Source: a virus. From it: DNA of 64,000 nucleotides. The stretch covers positions 41,714 through 105,713 of IMG/VR virus record IMGVR_UViG_3300022700_000179. One strand, given 5' to 3'. Shown here in pieces: positions 37,594 through 47,688 of this stretch (within the stretch, counting starts at the first letter, position 1; each line of letters starts with the position of its first letter). The position numbers were made by a program, and so were the translations under genes. Below the pieces are notes generated by a model. That model saw only the letters and a program-made list of their open reading frames with translations. It did no database searches and was not told the DNA's origin.

Positions 37594-37956
37594 CTAGTGT
37601 AGTTTGTCGGTTGTGGTAATAATTCGGCTTTGTCCTTCTAGAAGAAACTTGCACATCATGTAGTTCAGCGTGTTTAGTCTATTATTTAGTGCCTGTGCTG
37701 TAGTAAGGTCATTTTGCTGCGCTGCTTTGTTCGCGGTACTGATGATACTTATAGTTGATGTGGCCCCCGCTAAGAATCCGGCAATAAATTCCTTATTTAC
37801 TCCTTCCAGTGCGTTCTGAATGTGCTCGGGTGCTTTAGCCGCCCCTTCAACAAGGACAGGATCCTGTTCCAGTGCAGTTTTTAGTCCTTCTAGTTGTTCC
37901 TCTGTCAACGGGGCTAGTGGGTTGATTCTCTTCGGCTCTTCTTTGTTTCCGTCCAT
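37594..37956 (-). CDS. Hypothetical protein
   Basis: AGGAG SD. Confidence 0.5.
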   Translation of the reverse strand: MDGNKEEPKRINPLAPLTEEQLEGLKTALEQDPVLVEGAAKAPEHIQNALEGVNKEFIAGFLAGATSTISIISTANKAAQQNDLTTAQALNNRLNTLNYMMCKFLLEGQSRIITTTDKLH

Positions 37957-37979
37957 TTTGTTCTCCTTTTACAGTTTCG

Positions 37980-38780
37980 TTAGCTGCTCCATCCATCCAT
38001 AGCTTCTGAATCATTTTCTAGTTCGTCCAACTCCTTTTTCATATTTGATAGTACTTTGTGGCTGTTCTCTATCGTAGCTTTTGTTCTTTTTATAGCATAG
38101 TGTGCGCTACCTGATCTTAGTACGTACCTTACTGCTTTACCCAGTCTTTCGCCATTATATGTCTCGATTTTGACTCCACTTGTAAGCTCGAACTTATTGA
38201 CAGCTCTATTTAGTCTTTCGTAGTTGTATTTAAACTCATTTTCTCCTGTCCTTGCTTTTTTACCCTTTTCGTATGCTTTGGTTAACTCATTTTTTATCTC
38301 GTTTTTTGGTATGTAGTTTCTAAACTTCTGTTCGGTTTGTTCGTGTGCCCGACGTAGGATTGCAGCGACAAAGTTTCTATCTAATGGAATAGGGTCCAGT
38401 GATTTTGCCTTCTTGACTACGCTAAGACGTCCCTTTTTTGGCGATAGCATTCCCCATGTCTCCGGTAATTCACCCTCCTTGACGTAGGCTGGATCCGAAA
38501 TCACAAGCCACCAATAGTCACAGTACTGTGCTATCTCCTCAGCTTTCTCTGGAGTCCTGCGTTCCTTTAGCCAGTCATTTCGGCTAACCTTTATTTCAAA
38601 TCCGTGTAACTCTAGACCACGACTTGGCCATAGCCCCAATACAATTGCATCGGCCGCCCGCGTATGAGCTGTGCCTGTGGTATTGTGTACGTTGGAGAAA
38701 AGTGCATACTGACCTTTCGGATACCTTTTTTCCAGCAGTTCGATCAGACGAAACTCCGTCCACACACTATCAACACTCAT
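37980..38780 (-). CDS. PD-(D/E)XK nuclease, MmcB-like
   Basis: ADAIVLGLWPSRG..LHGFEIKVSRNDWLKE..PEKAE...YCDYWWLV..ELPETWG. Confidence 0.75.
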   Translation of the reverse strand: MSVDSVWTEFRLIELLEKRYPKGQYALFSNVHNTTGTAHTRAADAIVLGLWPSRGLELHGFEIKVSRNDWLKERRTPEKAEEIAQYCDYWWLVISDPAYVKEGELPETWGMLSPKKGRLSVVKKAKSLDPIPLDRNFVAAILRRAHEQTEQKFRNYIPKNEIKNELTKAYEKGKKARTGENEFKYNYERLNRAVNKFELTSGVKIETYNGERLGKAVRYVLRSGSAHYAIKRTKATIENSHKVLSNMKKELDELENDSEAMDGWSS

Positions 38781-39072
38781 CTGTTCTCCCTCTTACTTTA
38801 CATGCGACAAAGTCTACAGTAGGAAAGTCTACAGTAGGCGGGTTGTTTGTTGGACGGTACTTGTACATCGTTAGGAGTTTATCTGCGCCGTGATCTACAT
38901 AACTATAATAAACGTACACCCCCGGAGGATATACAAATCCTACGTCAACACTGTTTGTAGGTTTTTCGGGTTCACGTAGGTTTCCGTCTTCTATGAATCC
39001 TTCATTCATAATTAGCTGGACGCGTTGTTTGAAGTGATCCATAAATTCAAACTTCCTTGTACTTTATACTAA

Positions 39073-39110
39073 GAGGGCCGTGCTACCCACAAAATAAAAG
39101 CACGGCCCTC
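39073..39110 (-). terminator. Hairpin downstream of 39131..40261
   Basis: GAGGGCCGTGCT...AGCACGGCCCTC, 12-bp inverted repeat. Confidence 0.6.
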
Positions 39111-39130
39111 CTAGTGCGTAGTATTAGGTG

Positions 39131-40261
39131 CTAGGCTGCCACTTTCTCATCCTTTTGTCGTACCCTAAAGCGTAAAGCCAGTCCATCTCGCATGGGCATT
39201 CTGGCCCATAGCTTCTGCTTAGACTTGCTCTCCTTCCAACCAGTTTCCCAGGTTTTATCCTTGACCCAAGATGCCTTGAGCGGTTCACCTGGCTCGTTCC
39301 CGGATAGCCAATCCAGCAGTTTTTTCTCGGGGACATTCTTTTGGAGAGCGTGCTTGAAGAAAGCCCAGTGAGTGGCACGGTATTGGAAACGAATTGCTTT
39401 TTGGAGGAACCGTAGTCTTTTATCTAGAGATACTGCCTGGTCATGGCCTTCCTGGCTGGTCTCAAATGGGGCGTACTCCCCGGTCAGCTCGAATCCATCC
39501 AGTGCTGTTTCCATAGCCCATACAGAGATCTTTTTCTCTTTCCCTACCTTGTGTCGTTTGGGGTATGGAGCTGATTCAATTTCTAACGTATCTCTGAGCC
39601 GTTTGATTTCCTTTCGAAGGAAGCTCATCTGATCTTTTAGACGTGCGTCTGCTGCCAGGGCGAGAAGATGGGGCGATCCGTAAAAGCTGGGCCACCTGTT
39701 GGGGTTGATGAAATGCTGGAACTTAATCGTATTCGTAGCATTCGCCAACTTTTTGAGCAGCTCCGGCTCGATACCGGTCTGTACCAGCTCGAGACTGTGC
39801 CAGCCTTCATACCATTCTCCTGTAACGTCTTGAATCATGAAATATCGAGGAGCACCAATAGTGCCGTCAGATTTCATGATGTTCATGTCTTCGATGAGGA
39901 TTGAGAAGGAAAACACTTCCTGATTAGCGGATAAGCCCATCGCCCGTCCGTGCCGATTGTCCTTGCTGGGGATGTACTCTCCTTCGGTTAGTGTAGCTGC
40001 GCGCCGCGTCTTGTACTCCGGGATGTTCAGGACTACTCGGTGTTCAACGAGTCGAGATAGCAGACAGGCGAGATCCAGGTTTGTGACGGGGTCGCCAGCG
40101 GGGTCTACGTAGGCAATGCCTGGCTTTCGGCTGTCTAGATCGAACGACCATGAATCAAGAAGTCGATTTGCGACTGCACGTACATCTTGCGTTCGATCAC
40201 TTAGTTTCTGTAGTTCTTCTTTGAAAGTCCTTCTGATTTTACGTGTCTTGTCTTTGCTCAT
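39131..40261 (-). CDS. Hypothetical protein, apparently monocistronic
   Basis: 376 aa, AAGGAG SD, own downstream hairpin. Confidence 0.65.
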   Translation of the reverse strand: MSKDKTRKIRRTFKEELQKLSDRTQDVRAVANRLLDSWSFDLDSRKPGIAYVDPAGDPVTNLDLACLLSRLVEHRVVLNIPEYKTRRAATLTEGEYIPSKDNRHGRAMGLSANQEVFSFSILIEDMNIMKSDGTIGAPRYFMIQDVTGEWYEGWHSLELVQTGIEPELLKKLANATNTIKFQHFINPNRWPSFYGSPHLLALAADARLKDQMSFLRKEIKRLRDTLEIESAPYPKRHKVGKEKKISVWAMETALDGFELTGEYAPFETSQEGHDQAVSLDKRLRFLQKAIRFQYRATHWAFFKHALQKNVPEKKLLDWLSGNEPGEPLKASWVKDKTWETGWKESKSKQKLWARMPMRDGLALRFRVRQKDEKVAA

Positions 40262-40353
40262 CTTGGTACTCCTTGTCCAGCGAGCGGGTTTATGCGTTCT
40301 CGGGAACGTTGATGCTATACTTGTAAGTACTATTTGCTTTTGCGCAAGGTCTA

Positions 40354-41820
40354 CTACGAAATTAAGCAGTCTTTTTTCGTCTTTACCTTATGTCGTTGCA
40401 GTGTGGCTGCACGTTTATACACACCAGCTTTCTTAATACTTTCCCACAGATCACCTACGTACTCTCCAATTTTTTTGTACGGTGTTAGGCCTACATAAAT
40501 CATCTCTGAGCCCTGTCGAGATATCTCTAGGGTATTTTTTCTCAAACCAATAATTCGAACTATTACACCAATATCAAAAGGACTTTTTTCCTGGAGCTGC
40601 CTAGCTAGGGGGTCTTTCTTGAAATTTTGTACTGAGGTTGGGTGAATAGACGTAACTACGTATCTTTTGTAGTCTCTCTCGTAATCCCAGTCTTTAGAGA
40701 ACGCAACAATATCTCCTACTTGCAACGGGGATAACGTAGCAGCTAGTTTGTACTCGTAGCGTTGCTGCTCTTCTTCCGACTCTTTGATCCGTTTACTTAG
40801 TCCTTTTATTCGCCGCTGGACCATATGTATATGATCTTGGTACACTCGTGCTTCGTTGCTCTCTACGTTTATCAATTCGCCAGTATCTAGTTTTCCTGGC
40901 GGGACAACCATCTTACCGGTCATTTTTACGATTATCCTGTTTGGTACGTTTATGTCCGCGGCCTATCCTTATACAAGCGATCCCAAGTAGAATAAGCCCC
41001 AGCCCAGATAGAAAATAGATTAAATCCTGTTTGTCTACCATGGAAGTTATCACTGCTCTATTTGATACCTTTTGCCTTTTCCAGGCTAGCCTCCAGTGCT
41101 TTTCTGACACGGCTCTTTTGTATCATATTGTTTAATGTTATGTAGACCAGTGCGAGCCGCGCTGCCTCTTCATTATCTCCAAAAGCTACGGTTCCGTTAA
41201 TGCTTATCGCTTGCCAACTCCCGTCTTCTTTTTCTTCACAGTGGCACATTCTACGTACTAGCCCGCCTGCTTCCATCGTTGCCTTTACTCGTGCTATTTC
41301 CGGCAACCTATGCTGCAGACGGATGTCCTCAGCGATAGCTCTAACATTGTCTTTTATTTGCGTGAGACCTTCATCTTCGTTAGTAGCCCATACGGTATTG
41401 TTGAACCTGTACGGTTTTTGCAGTCCCTCGATTTTAATTACATAGGCTGCACAGTACAAATCTCCATGTTCGAGGAGTTGGAACTTTAGCGAATCCCGGG
41501 TAGCTTCTTTTTTCTTAGCTATCCAGTTTTTCTTTTTACTCATTTTTGTCGACCACTACTTGTTTAAATTCCTGATAGTACGCCAGTACCTTGTTTACGG
41601 TGGATTCAAAGCTGTTGTTTTCGGTAGTCTTGTGCAGTCTGGTAGCTAGACCTGTCAACTCTACTGCTGCCTTGTGGTTTAGGTACGTTTCTATTACCCG
41701 GATCCCATAAAGTAGTACGGTTAATTTTTTATTCTCTTCTGTGTATCTTCCTAGCATATTGCTTATGGAGTGCCGTAAAGCATTCATAGAGGTTAGCTTT
41801 AGTTGCGGAGTGCTTGACAT
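40354..41820 (-). CDS. Cluster of four hypothetical ORFs (40354..40923, 40913..41110, 41058..41543, 41536..41820)
   Basis: Tightly overlapping minus-strand ORFs; one has a TM segment. Confidence 0.45.
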
Positions 41821-41883
41821 TGTTATTCCTCCCTACAATGTTTACAGTTTACTCCTCTGCGGTCCCAGTTAACCAGATTATAG

Positions 41884-42504
41884 TCAGACGACATTGTTTA
41901 TCTCGTCGACCAACTTATATCGTAGACACTGTTTTGCTGTCCAGTTTACGTCGTGCTTGAGTATTTCATCCAGTTTCTCCGGAGGTACTCTTGTGTGTTC
42001 AACATATGCTTTTTTGATAAGGTTCATATCAGTACGTACGTCCTTTATAAAATCCTCGGCTTCACTGGCTTTGCCCCAAAACCCCGTTTTCAATTGGTGG
42101 ATCATCATCGTTGCATGGGGCCTTATAATTCTACGATCGCCACCAATAACAGGGAAAGTAGCGGCACTTGCTACCCTGCCGCTTACCACTGTGATTACAG
42201 GTGCCTCTGTTTGTAATACCGCGTCCAGCATTGATAACCCTGCTGATAGGTATCCACCTTGGCTCTCTACATGTAAATAGATTGGGATAGGATCTTGCAG
42301 TCCGTAACGAATCCGCTTTGCTGCAAGTACGGCGTCTAGTTCGTGTAATGCTCTTTCTACCCTAAGAGACGCCTCGAACGATATGTCGGCGCACAGATAT
42401 ATTCTATTATCAACGGTTTCAACTCCACCGTCACTGCTTGGAAAAGACTCGTCATTACTAGTGTCGTGTTTGGTGTCTGCGTTGCTCAAGTTAGTATCCC
42501 TCAT
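41884..42504 (-). CDS. clpP: ClpP-family protease
   Basis: IYLHVESQGG, GRVASAAT (Ser), MMIHQ (His), HDVNWTA (Asp), YKLVDEI. Confidence 0.85.
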   Translation of the reverse strand: MRDTNLSNADTKHDTSNDESFPSSDGGVETVDNRIYLCADISFEASLRVERALHELDAVLAAKRIRYGLQDPIPIYLHVESQGGYLSAGLSMLDAVLQTEAPVITVVSGRVASAATFPVIGGDRRIIRPHATMMIHQLKTGFWGKASEAEDFIKDVRTDMNLIKKAYVEHTRVPPEKLDEILKHDVNWTAKQCLRYKLVDEINNVV

Positions 42505-42528
42505 CGCGCTGCATTTTGGGTCTTCAGA

Positions 42529-43536
42529 TTACACTATACGGTTTATCCGTGCTATCCAGCTCTGTTCGTACTGTCGAACTGCTAAGTCGTCTACTGTACA
42601 ATCCCACCCCTCTTTAGTTCCGAAGAAACCTTCTTTTTGTACAGGGTACCAGTGATACAGACTGCGATTGGCCTCGTACCAGAATGGGTACTCATTACAA
42701 CACGGGCATTTTTCTACTAGTGGTGCTTGAACCAGCTCTTCATCTTTGTCACTAAAGCGGTCGTCTTTTACGATGAGTGGTTTACCGAATACTTTGTGGT
42801 GCTCCAATTGCGCGCGGGTAAGCATCTTCAGTATATTCATTACATCTGGTGGGTATGAAAGTGGCAAGCCTACCTCTTTGCCATGCTCACCATGCATAGC
42901 GGTATCGTAGCTATGCTTTTTGATTAGGTTATGCAGCCATATCCAGTATGTATCCAGTATGCGTGTAGGTACTCCAGTAGAACCAAGGTAGTAACAAGAG
43001 TGTGCAACCATCCTGCTGCGACTACCAACCGGTAACGTAGCTGTGCCAAAAGCTGTGGCAAACCCGTAGCTATATACATATAAACGTAGCCCAGTTGGGT
43101 AGTCATTTACGGCTGTTGGCCTGATTTTACAGAATGGACATCGTGGTAGTGGTCGTTCCGTTTTACCTTGTTGCTCTTCACTGGATTCACTGTTGTTACT
43201 ATCATCTAGTGCAGGCTCTACTACAGATTCTATAGAGCCTATATAACGACTGGGTAGCGTAATGATGGTACCAGTACGGACATATTTTGCTGCTTCTATT
43301 GCCCTTGCCATTTCCAACTTTGATTCGTATCCCTTTAACGGATCTACTCTCATTTTTGTGTCTAATTGTAGCCTAGCCTCTATTTCCCATTCTTGTACTG
43401 TGCCCCGAAATGTCCGTATTCCGTAAGGGTTTTTTGTGCACTTATGGTATAGTCTGCCATCACCGCGTTTGGACCATTTTTGTGACGGGTGTTTGCCACA
43501 CCAAGGGCATTTAGTATTTACAGTTCTGTTAAACAT
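42529..43536 (-). CDS. Protein with three CP.C...H Zn-ribbon-like repeats
   Basis: CPWC..LYHKC, CPFC..HSC, CPCC..LYHW. Confidence 0.5.
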   Translation of the reverse strand: MFNRTVNTKCPWCGKHPSQKWSKRGDGRLYHKCTKNPYGIRTFRGTVQEWEIEARLQLDTKMRVDPLKGYESKLEMARAIEAAKYVRTGTIITLPSRYIGSIESVVEPALDDSNNSESSEEQQGKTERPLPRCPFCKIRPTAVNDYPTGLRLYVYSYGFATAFGTATLPVGSRSRMVAHSCYYLGSTGVPTRILDTYWIWLHNLIKKHSYDTAMHGEHGKEVGLPLSYPPDVMNILKMLTRAQLEHHKVFGKPLIVKDDRFSDKDEELVQAPLVEKCPCCNEYPFWYEANRSLYHWYPVQKEGFFGTKEGWDCTVDDLAVRQYEQSWIARINRIV

Positions 43537-44442
43537 GCTTTATGGAGTATCCGGTACCCTGTTTTCTGAATGTCCATTCTCCATAGAACTTATCTTCTAA
43601 TACTAGAGCTTTTTTAAGCGTATCTTGCAGTTCAGAGAGAAACATACAGTAGGTACATCTTTCATGGCAATCTTTGAACAGTAGTCGTGGTAAAGACCTT
43701 CCATGTTTCTTAAAACCTATGTATTGGAGGGTTGCGTGGAATTTGTAGTTGTCACGCCACTCTATGCTGGTTACAGTACGTTTCTGCGACGGTAGTAAAT
43801 TTCCGTCTTTGTCAAAGGGTATCCTCCAGGTCTTAGCTGCGCCGGCAGGGGCCAACCTCTACATCCCCTCTGCTTTTTCAAGGCTTCTTAGTTTTGCGTA
43901 GTAGTCGTTCATCCATTTATTGACGTCTTCTCTTGGGCGTCTTGGGTAGAACAGTTGATTGCGTTTGTAGTCAATGTTCTCACCCGGTAGCTTCATCGAC
44001 CGTATTTTTTCCCTTTCTTCGTTAGTAATACCCCCAACTCCAGCTTCAGGCAAATCCTGAAAATCAGCTAGGCTCATTTATCTCTCCTCAGATGCGTGCG
44101 CCACTTAGTTCCCATTTTATGGACGCATGTGCTCAAGAAGGGGATTAGCTCCTCCTCTACAAACACGGCTTCACCGCTGTCTGCATCGTAGCGCTCCCTA
44201 GCTTGTTTTACAGCATCGTCGTAGTCCATCAATGGTAGAAGATACATTATCCCTGGGTCTACAACAGGCAACTCCATAATCTCGTCCCACATAGGGTGGT
44301 CGGGATCATACCGTCCTAAAATCACGCCGGGCAGTTCCATGCAATACTCGCACCCGGGATATAATTCTAATACATACCAACTGCCATCTGGCCCTGCGAT
44401 TCTGGCACCTATATTACCTCCGATACAGCCGCATGCCCCCAT
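43529..44442 (-). CDS. Three hypothetical ORFs (43529..43855, 43859..44077, 44074..44442)
   Basis: Coupled ORFs. Confidence 0.45.
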
Positions 44443-44727
44443 CGGTTAGCTCCTGTGCTCTGCGTGTACTGGTATGTACATATCTAGAAATACTTTACGG
44501 TCTAGTACAAGTTCCTTTCCTCCTCCTTCTATTGGATAAAAGCAGACGTCTTTCTTGCGTAGTCTACTTACTCTTACTTTGTTGTCCTGTTTGTCTTTCC
44601 AAATGCTACGTTTCTTAATCTTCACTGCTGCTTTCCTCGTTTAGTGGCTTCTGTTGTATACACAGCCAGTGCTAGACCTAACGGGTGTAATACTAGTCGG
44701 TTTACCTCAAAAAGCAAGCCCCATCTT

Positions 44728-45441
44728 TTACTTTTCTACGGCGATGTACTTACAGCCTTCCACGCTACCGTATATTTGAATGTCTACACTTATTTGCGCT
44801 TCTACTTCTACTGAGGTCTCTGTTTTACGTAGTTCGCTGTAGTCAGCATTAATCTTGTGGTTAAGCTCTAGCTCATGTGGAAGTACTATTATGTTGTTCT
44901 CTGGTACCACCCGTAGTGTATCGTAACGAAAACAATCTGTCAAAATATTTACAGCCCGATCTTTGTCTGTGTGCCGGTTTTCTAGAAGCGTACCGGCGTA
45001 GCCTTCTTCCAACATTCCTCTTTCTACCACTGGTGAATAGACCATCCCAATTGCCGACAACTGCCGTAGATCATTTAGAATGCTGGCTGGTACAATAATA
45101 TTATGATCGAGCAGTGAGCCGCCTAGCATGCTCCTTAGCGTCTCTAGCGAGAACCCATCCATCGTGCTTCTATCAAAACTTTCATAGGCAAAGTCAAAAA
45201 AGGCACGTTCAGCGTAATTTGAAATAGTACCAACCAGGTTGTTGATAATGTACTCATGGTATATACTATTGATCTCTCCATTTGGTAGTTCAGAGTATTC
45301 CATCCATTGAAATGGTCCTAGTATGCGAAATATTGGTTTTTTGTTTACGTCGTTTTTTGCGACTCGGATGGCTTTTGGTAGGAGTTCTACCTTTTTAAAT
45401 TCGTCTAGTGCATCCTGTATAAGTTGTTCGCTCTGCATCAC
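44728..45441 (-). CDS. Truncated paralog of the major capsid protein
   Basis: YSPVVERGMLEEGYAGTL..ILTDCFRYDTLRVV aligns with MCP YSPIEKHELAVEGKLGRL..IITDGFRYDTLQVL. Confidence 0.7.
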   Translation of the reverse strand: MMQSEQLIQDALDEFKKVELLPKAIRVAKNDVNKKPIFRILGPFQWMEYSELPNGEINSIYHEYIINNLVGTISNYAERAFFDFAYESFDRSTMDGFSLETLRSMLGGSLLDHNIIVPASILNDLRQLSAIGMVYSPVVERGMLEEGYAGTLLENRHTDKDRAVNILTDCFRYDTLRVVPENNIIVLPHELELNHKINADYSELRKTETSVEVEAQISVDIQIYGSVEGCKYIAVEK

Positions 45442-45526
45442 TTGCCTCTTATCGTGTTACTCTTCACGGACGTTAACTAGTTCTGTCGTTTGCTGTCTCT
45501 CAAGTTGATGGTCTATAAACTGGTTA

Positions 45527-46201
45527 TCACTTTAGTTTTCCTTTCTGCAACGCTTTCGAGTTAATCACACAGACTCCATCAGATCTCTCACGTAAGTAGA
45601 CCGGACCGTCTACGTCCGCAAAATAGTTTTTGTAGTCTGTCTTAGGTTGATAGGTAGCGTTCGGATGCAGTAATACATTCGCACCGCAATCTGAACACGT
45701 AAGTCGGTACCCGTGATTAGGATCTTCGGGACTTGTATATATCTCCCCCTTTGGCTTGTACTCTTGTTTTACATACATGGGTCCAGAACAGGCAGTGCAC
45801 GTATAATCGCACTGAACGCTAATATCGTAAGGGATGCCTCTTAAAATAACTCTCCGGTGTTTGAGTGGATCGTCTTTGAGTGGATCGTCATAGCACACAT
45901 ATACGCACCCAAAGTGTACACTATAATAAAATTCCTTCTTGCAGTCATTACATACGTAGACAGCAAATGTAGTATTCGGATTACCTGGGCAGTCAGGAAC
46001 ATCATCCTCCGGTACTCGCGGAAACCAGCCCATGCAGGTAGAGATTACCCCCTCCGATTTATCCAGGTCGACACTGCCACAAAACGGGCACTCGGGATTA
46101 TTCCAGTCCAGATCTGGGTCTGGTCGTTCTTGTACGTAGTCAATTAGGTTACCTTTGTTGAATTGCATTGTCGTATTACTTCTCCTTGGTATCGCCACCA
46201 T
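45527..46201 (-). CDS. Zn-ribbon protein
   Basis: CPFCGS, CNDC, CTAC, CSDC; 15-nt tandem repeat encoding DDPLK twice. Confidence 0.55.
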   Translation of the reverse strand: MVAIPRRSNTTMQFNKGNLIDYVQERPDPDLDWNNPECPFCGSVDLDKSEGVISTCMGWFPRVPEDDVPDCPGNPNTTFAVYVCNDCKKEFYYSVHFGCVYVCYDDPLKDDPLKHRRVILRGIPYDISVQCDYTCTACSGPMYVKQEYKPKGEIYTSPEDPNHGYRLTCSDCGANVLLHPNATYQPKTDYKNYFADVDGPVYLRERSDGVCVINSKALQKGKLK

Positions 46202-46386
46202 CTTTTACGTAACGTTCAGCATCCTGTTTCGCAGGTCCTCAGTTTCTACCAACGTTTTCTCCTTAATGGGGATCAACCGCTAGTAGGTGTTCCATGATAA
46301 AGTCATACTTACCGCAGTTGGGGCACGGAAGGTATCGCTTGGTTTTAAGTTCAATCGTCATTGTTATTTCTCCTAGCAACAAAAAA

Positions 46387-46467
46387 CAGATCGGGTGGGA
46401 TTCGAACCCACACCTCTGGACACTGGCCCAGCGTTCCTACCTGAAGCAGTTTCACGAACGGTACCTG
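46387..46467 (-). ncRNA. tRNA-like element/pseudo-tRNA
   Basis: T-arm GTGGG-TTCGAAT-CCCAC, closing stem CAGGT/ATCTG, D-like stem CGTTC/GAACG, anticodon-like stem CTGGGC/GTCCAG with a 4-6 nt loop; no CCA. Confidence 0.55.
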
Positions 46468-46588
46468 TTTCGATTCACTACTTCTAAACTACCGACCTGG
46501 GTGCTATTTGGATCCGCTACACCAAGGCGGCTTGTGGTGGGATGCGCAGTGCCGTCGCACATGAACATCATCCACCAATCTCTATAGC

Positions 46589-47332
46589 TCACGAACTTGT
46601 CTCTTTAGCTTGCTCCGAAGACTTAATTGTTTCTATCGAAGTGCCGCAAAATGGACACGAGACCACAAGAGCGTAAACCGGATCTGGATAACCACAGTGG
46701 AGTGATATGTAATAGCCGTCCGTGTCATTGTCTGCATCTTTAGCGGTCATCCACCGAATGAAATATTCTGCATCCGAACAACAACCCTTAAAACCGTCTG
46801 GGTGTGGCATAATTTACTCTGGATTTTCTGGATTTACATCATGAATCTCGATATAATAATCGGCTGTTACTATTGATGTCAATCTGTATGGATGGTTTTC
46901 GTCATCGTATTTGTGCACCGGAACGCCGTCGTTTCCATCAGCGTTACGTTTACGGCAGTAACTTTTCGCCAACTCAATGTCATCGAAGACAGCTTTAATT
47001 CGGTAGTCTGAGTAATCACCAGATACAACAATATAAATGCTACTCATCCTCTCACTCCTTTTATCATACTCCCCAGATGCTACCAGATCTCCGTATTTCT
47101 GCCAACGGCGAATCATCTCTTCAGCGATCTCTAGCCTTTCTGCTGGTGTGAAAAACTCTTCCGGTCTAAAATCAGGCAACATACCTTCTCTAAATCTGGT
47201 GGCATCTTCTCTTCGTTCAAGCATATCGTCGAACCCACCAGTTAAATCGAGGTCAGGTGACAATCCAACTACACCAAAATATGTGTTAACAATCTTGCCG
47301 CTTTGGAGTCTCCATTTATCTCGACTATTCAT
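46589..47332 (-). CDS. Two hypothetical ORFs (46589..46810 with CPFCG; 46814..47332)
   Basis: Coupled ORFs. The second shares YIVVSG.Y.....F....A..YC with 54822..55370. Confidence 0.5.
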
Positions 47333-47688
47333 TTTCGTGCGTCCTCGTTCTCATCCCAACCGTGCTTCCCACCCGATAGTTTTTCGCGGTTCATCTGTGC
47401 AAGATCTTCAAGCGAGAGTCCAACCAGGTGGGTCATGATGGACAGATAGTAAAGACAGTCCCCAAGTTCGGCGATCAGCTTGTCCTTGTTCGGTTCGTGC
47501 CCCGGTTTCCACAATACCTTTTTGATATGGTCGAGGGTCTCACCAGCTTCACCTGCAAGTCCCATTGATGCGTGGAGTAGTTGTTCGCCTGGAAGCTCGT
47601 CAACGCTTTGCCATGTCTTCAACGCCCGAGACTGGAATTCATCGGGTAAATGTGGATAACAAAAACGATTAAGGTTGTTCGTATTCAT
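47329..47688 (-). CDS. MazG-like nucleotide pyrophosphohydrolase
   Basis: GLAGEAGE..D..KK, ELGDCLYY, L.D.A.MN.EKL. Confidence 0.85.
   Translation of the reverse strand: MNTNNLNRFCYPHLPDEFQSRALKTWQSVDELPGEQLLHASMGLAGEAGETLDHIKKVLWKPGHEPNKDKLIAELGDCLYYLSIMTHLVGLSLEDLAQMNREKLSGGKHGWDENEDARK

Noticed and set aside
38809-45875. 15-nt tandem duplications (PTVDF x2 near 38809; DDPLK x2 near 45860)
   Set aside because: Simple in-frame slippage duplications with no evident further structure.
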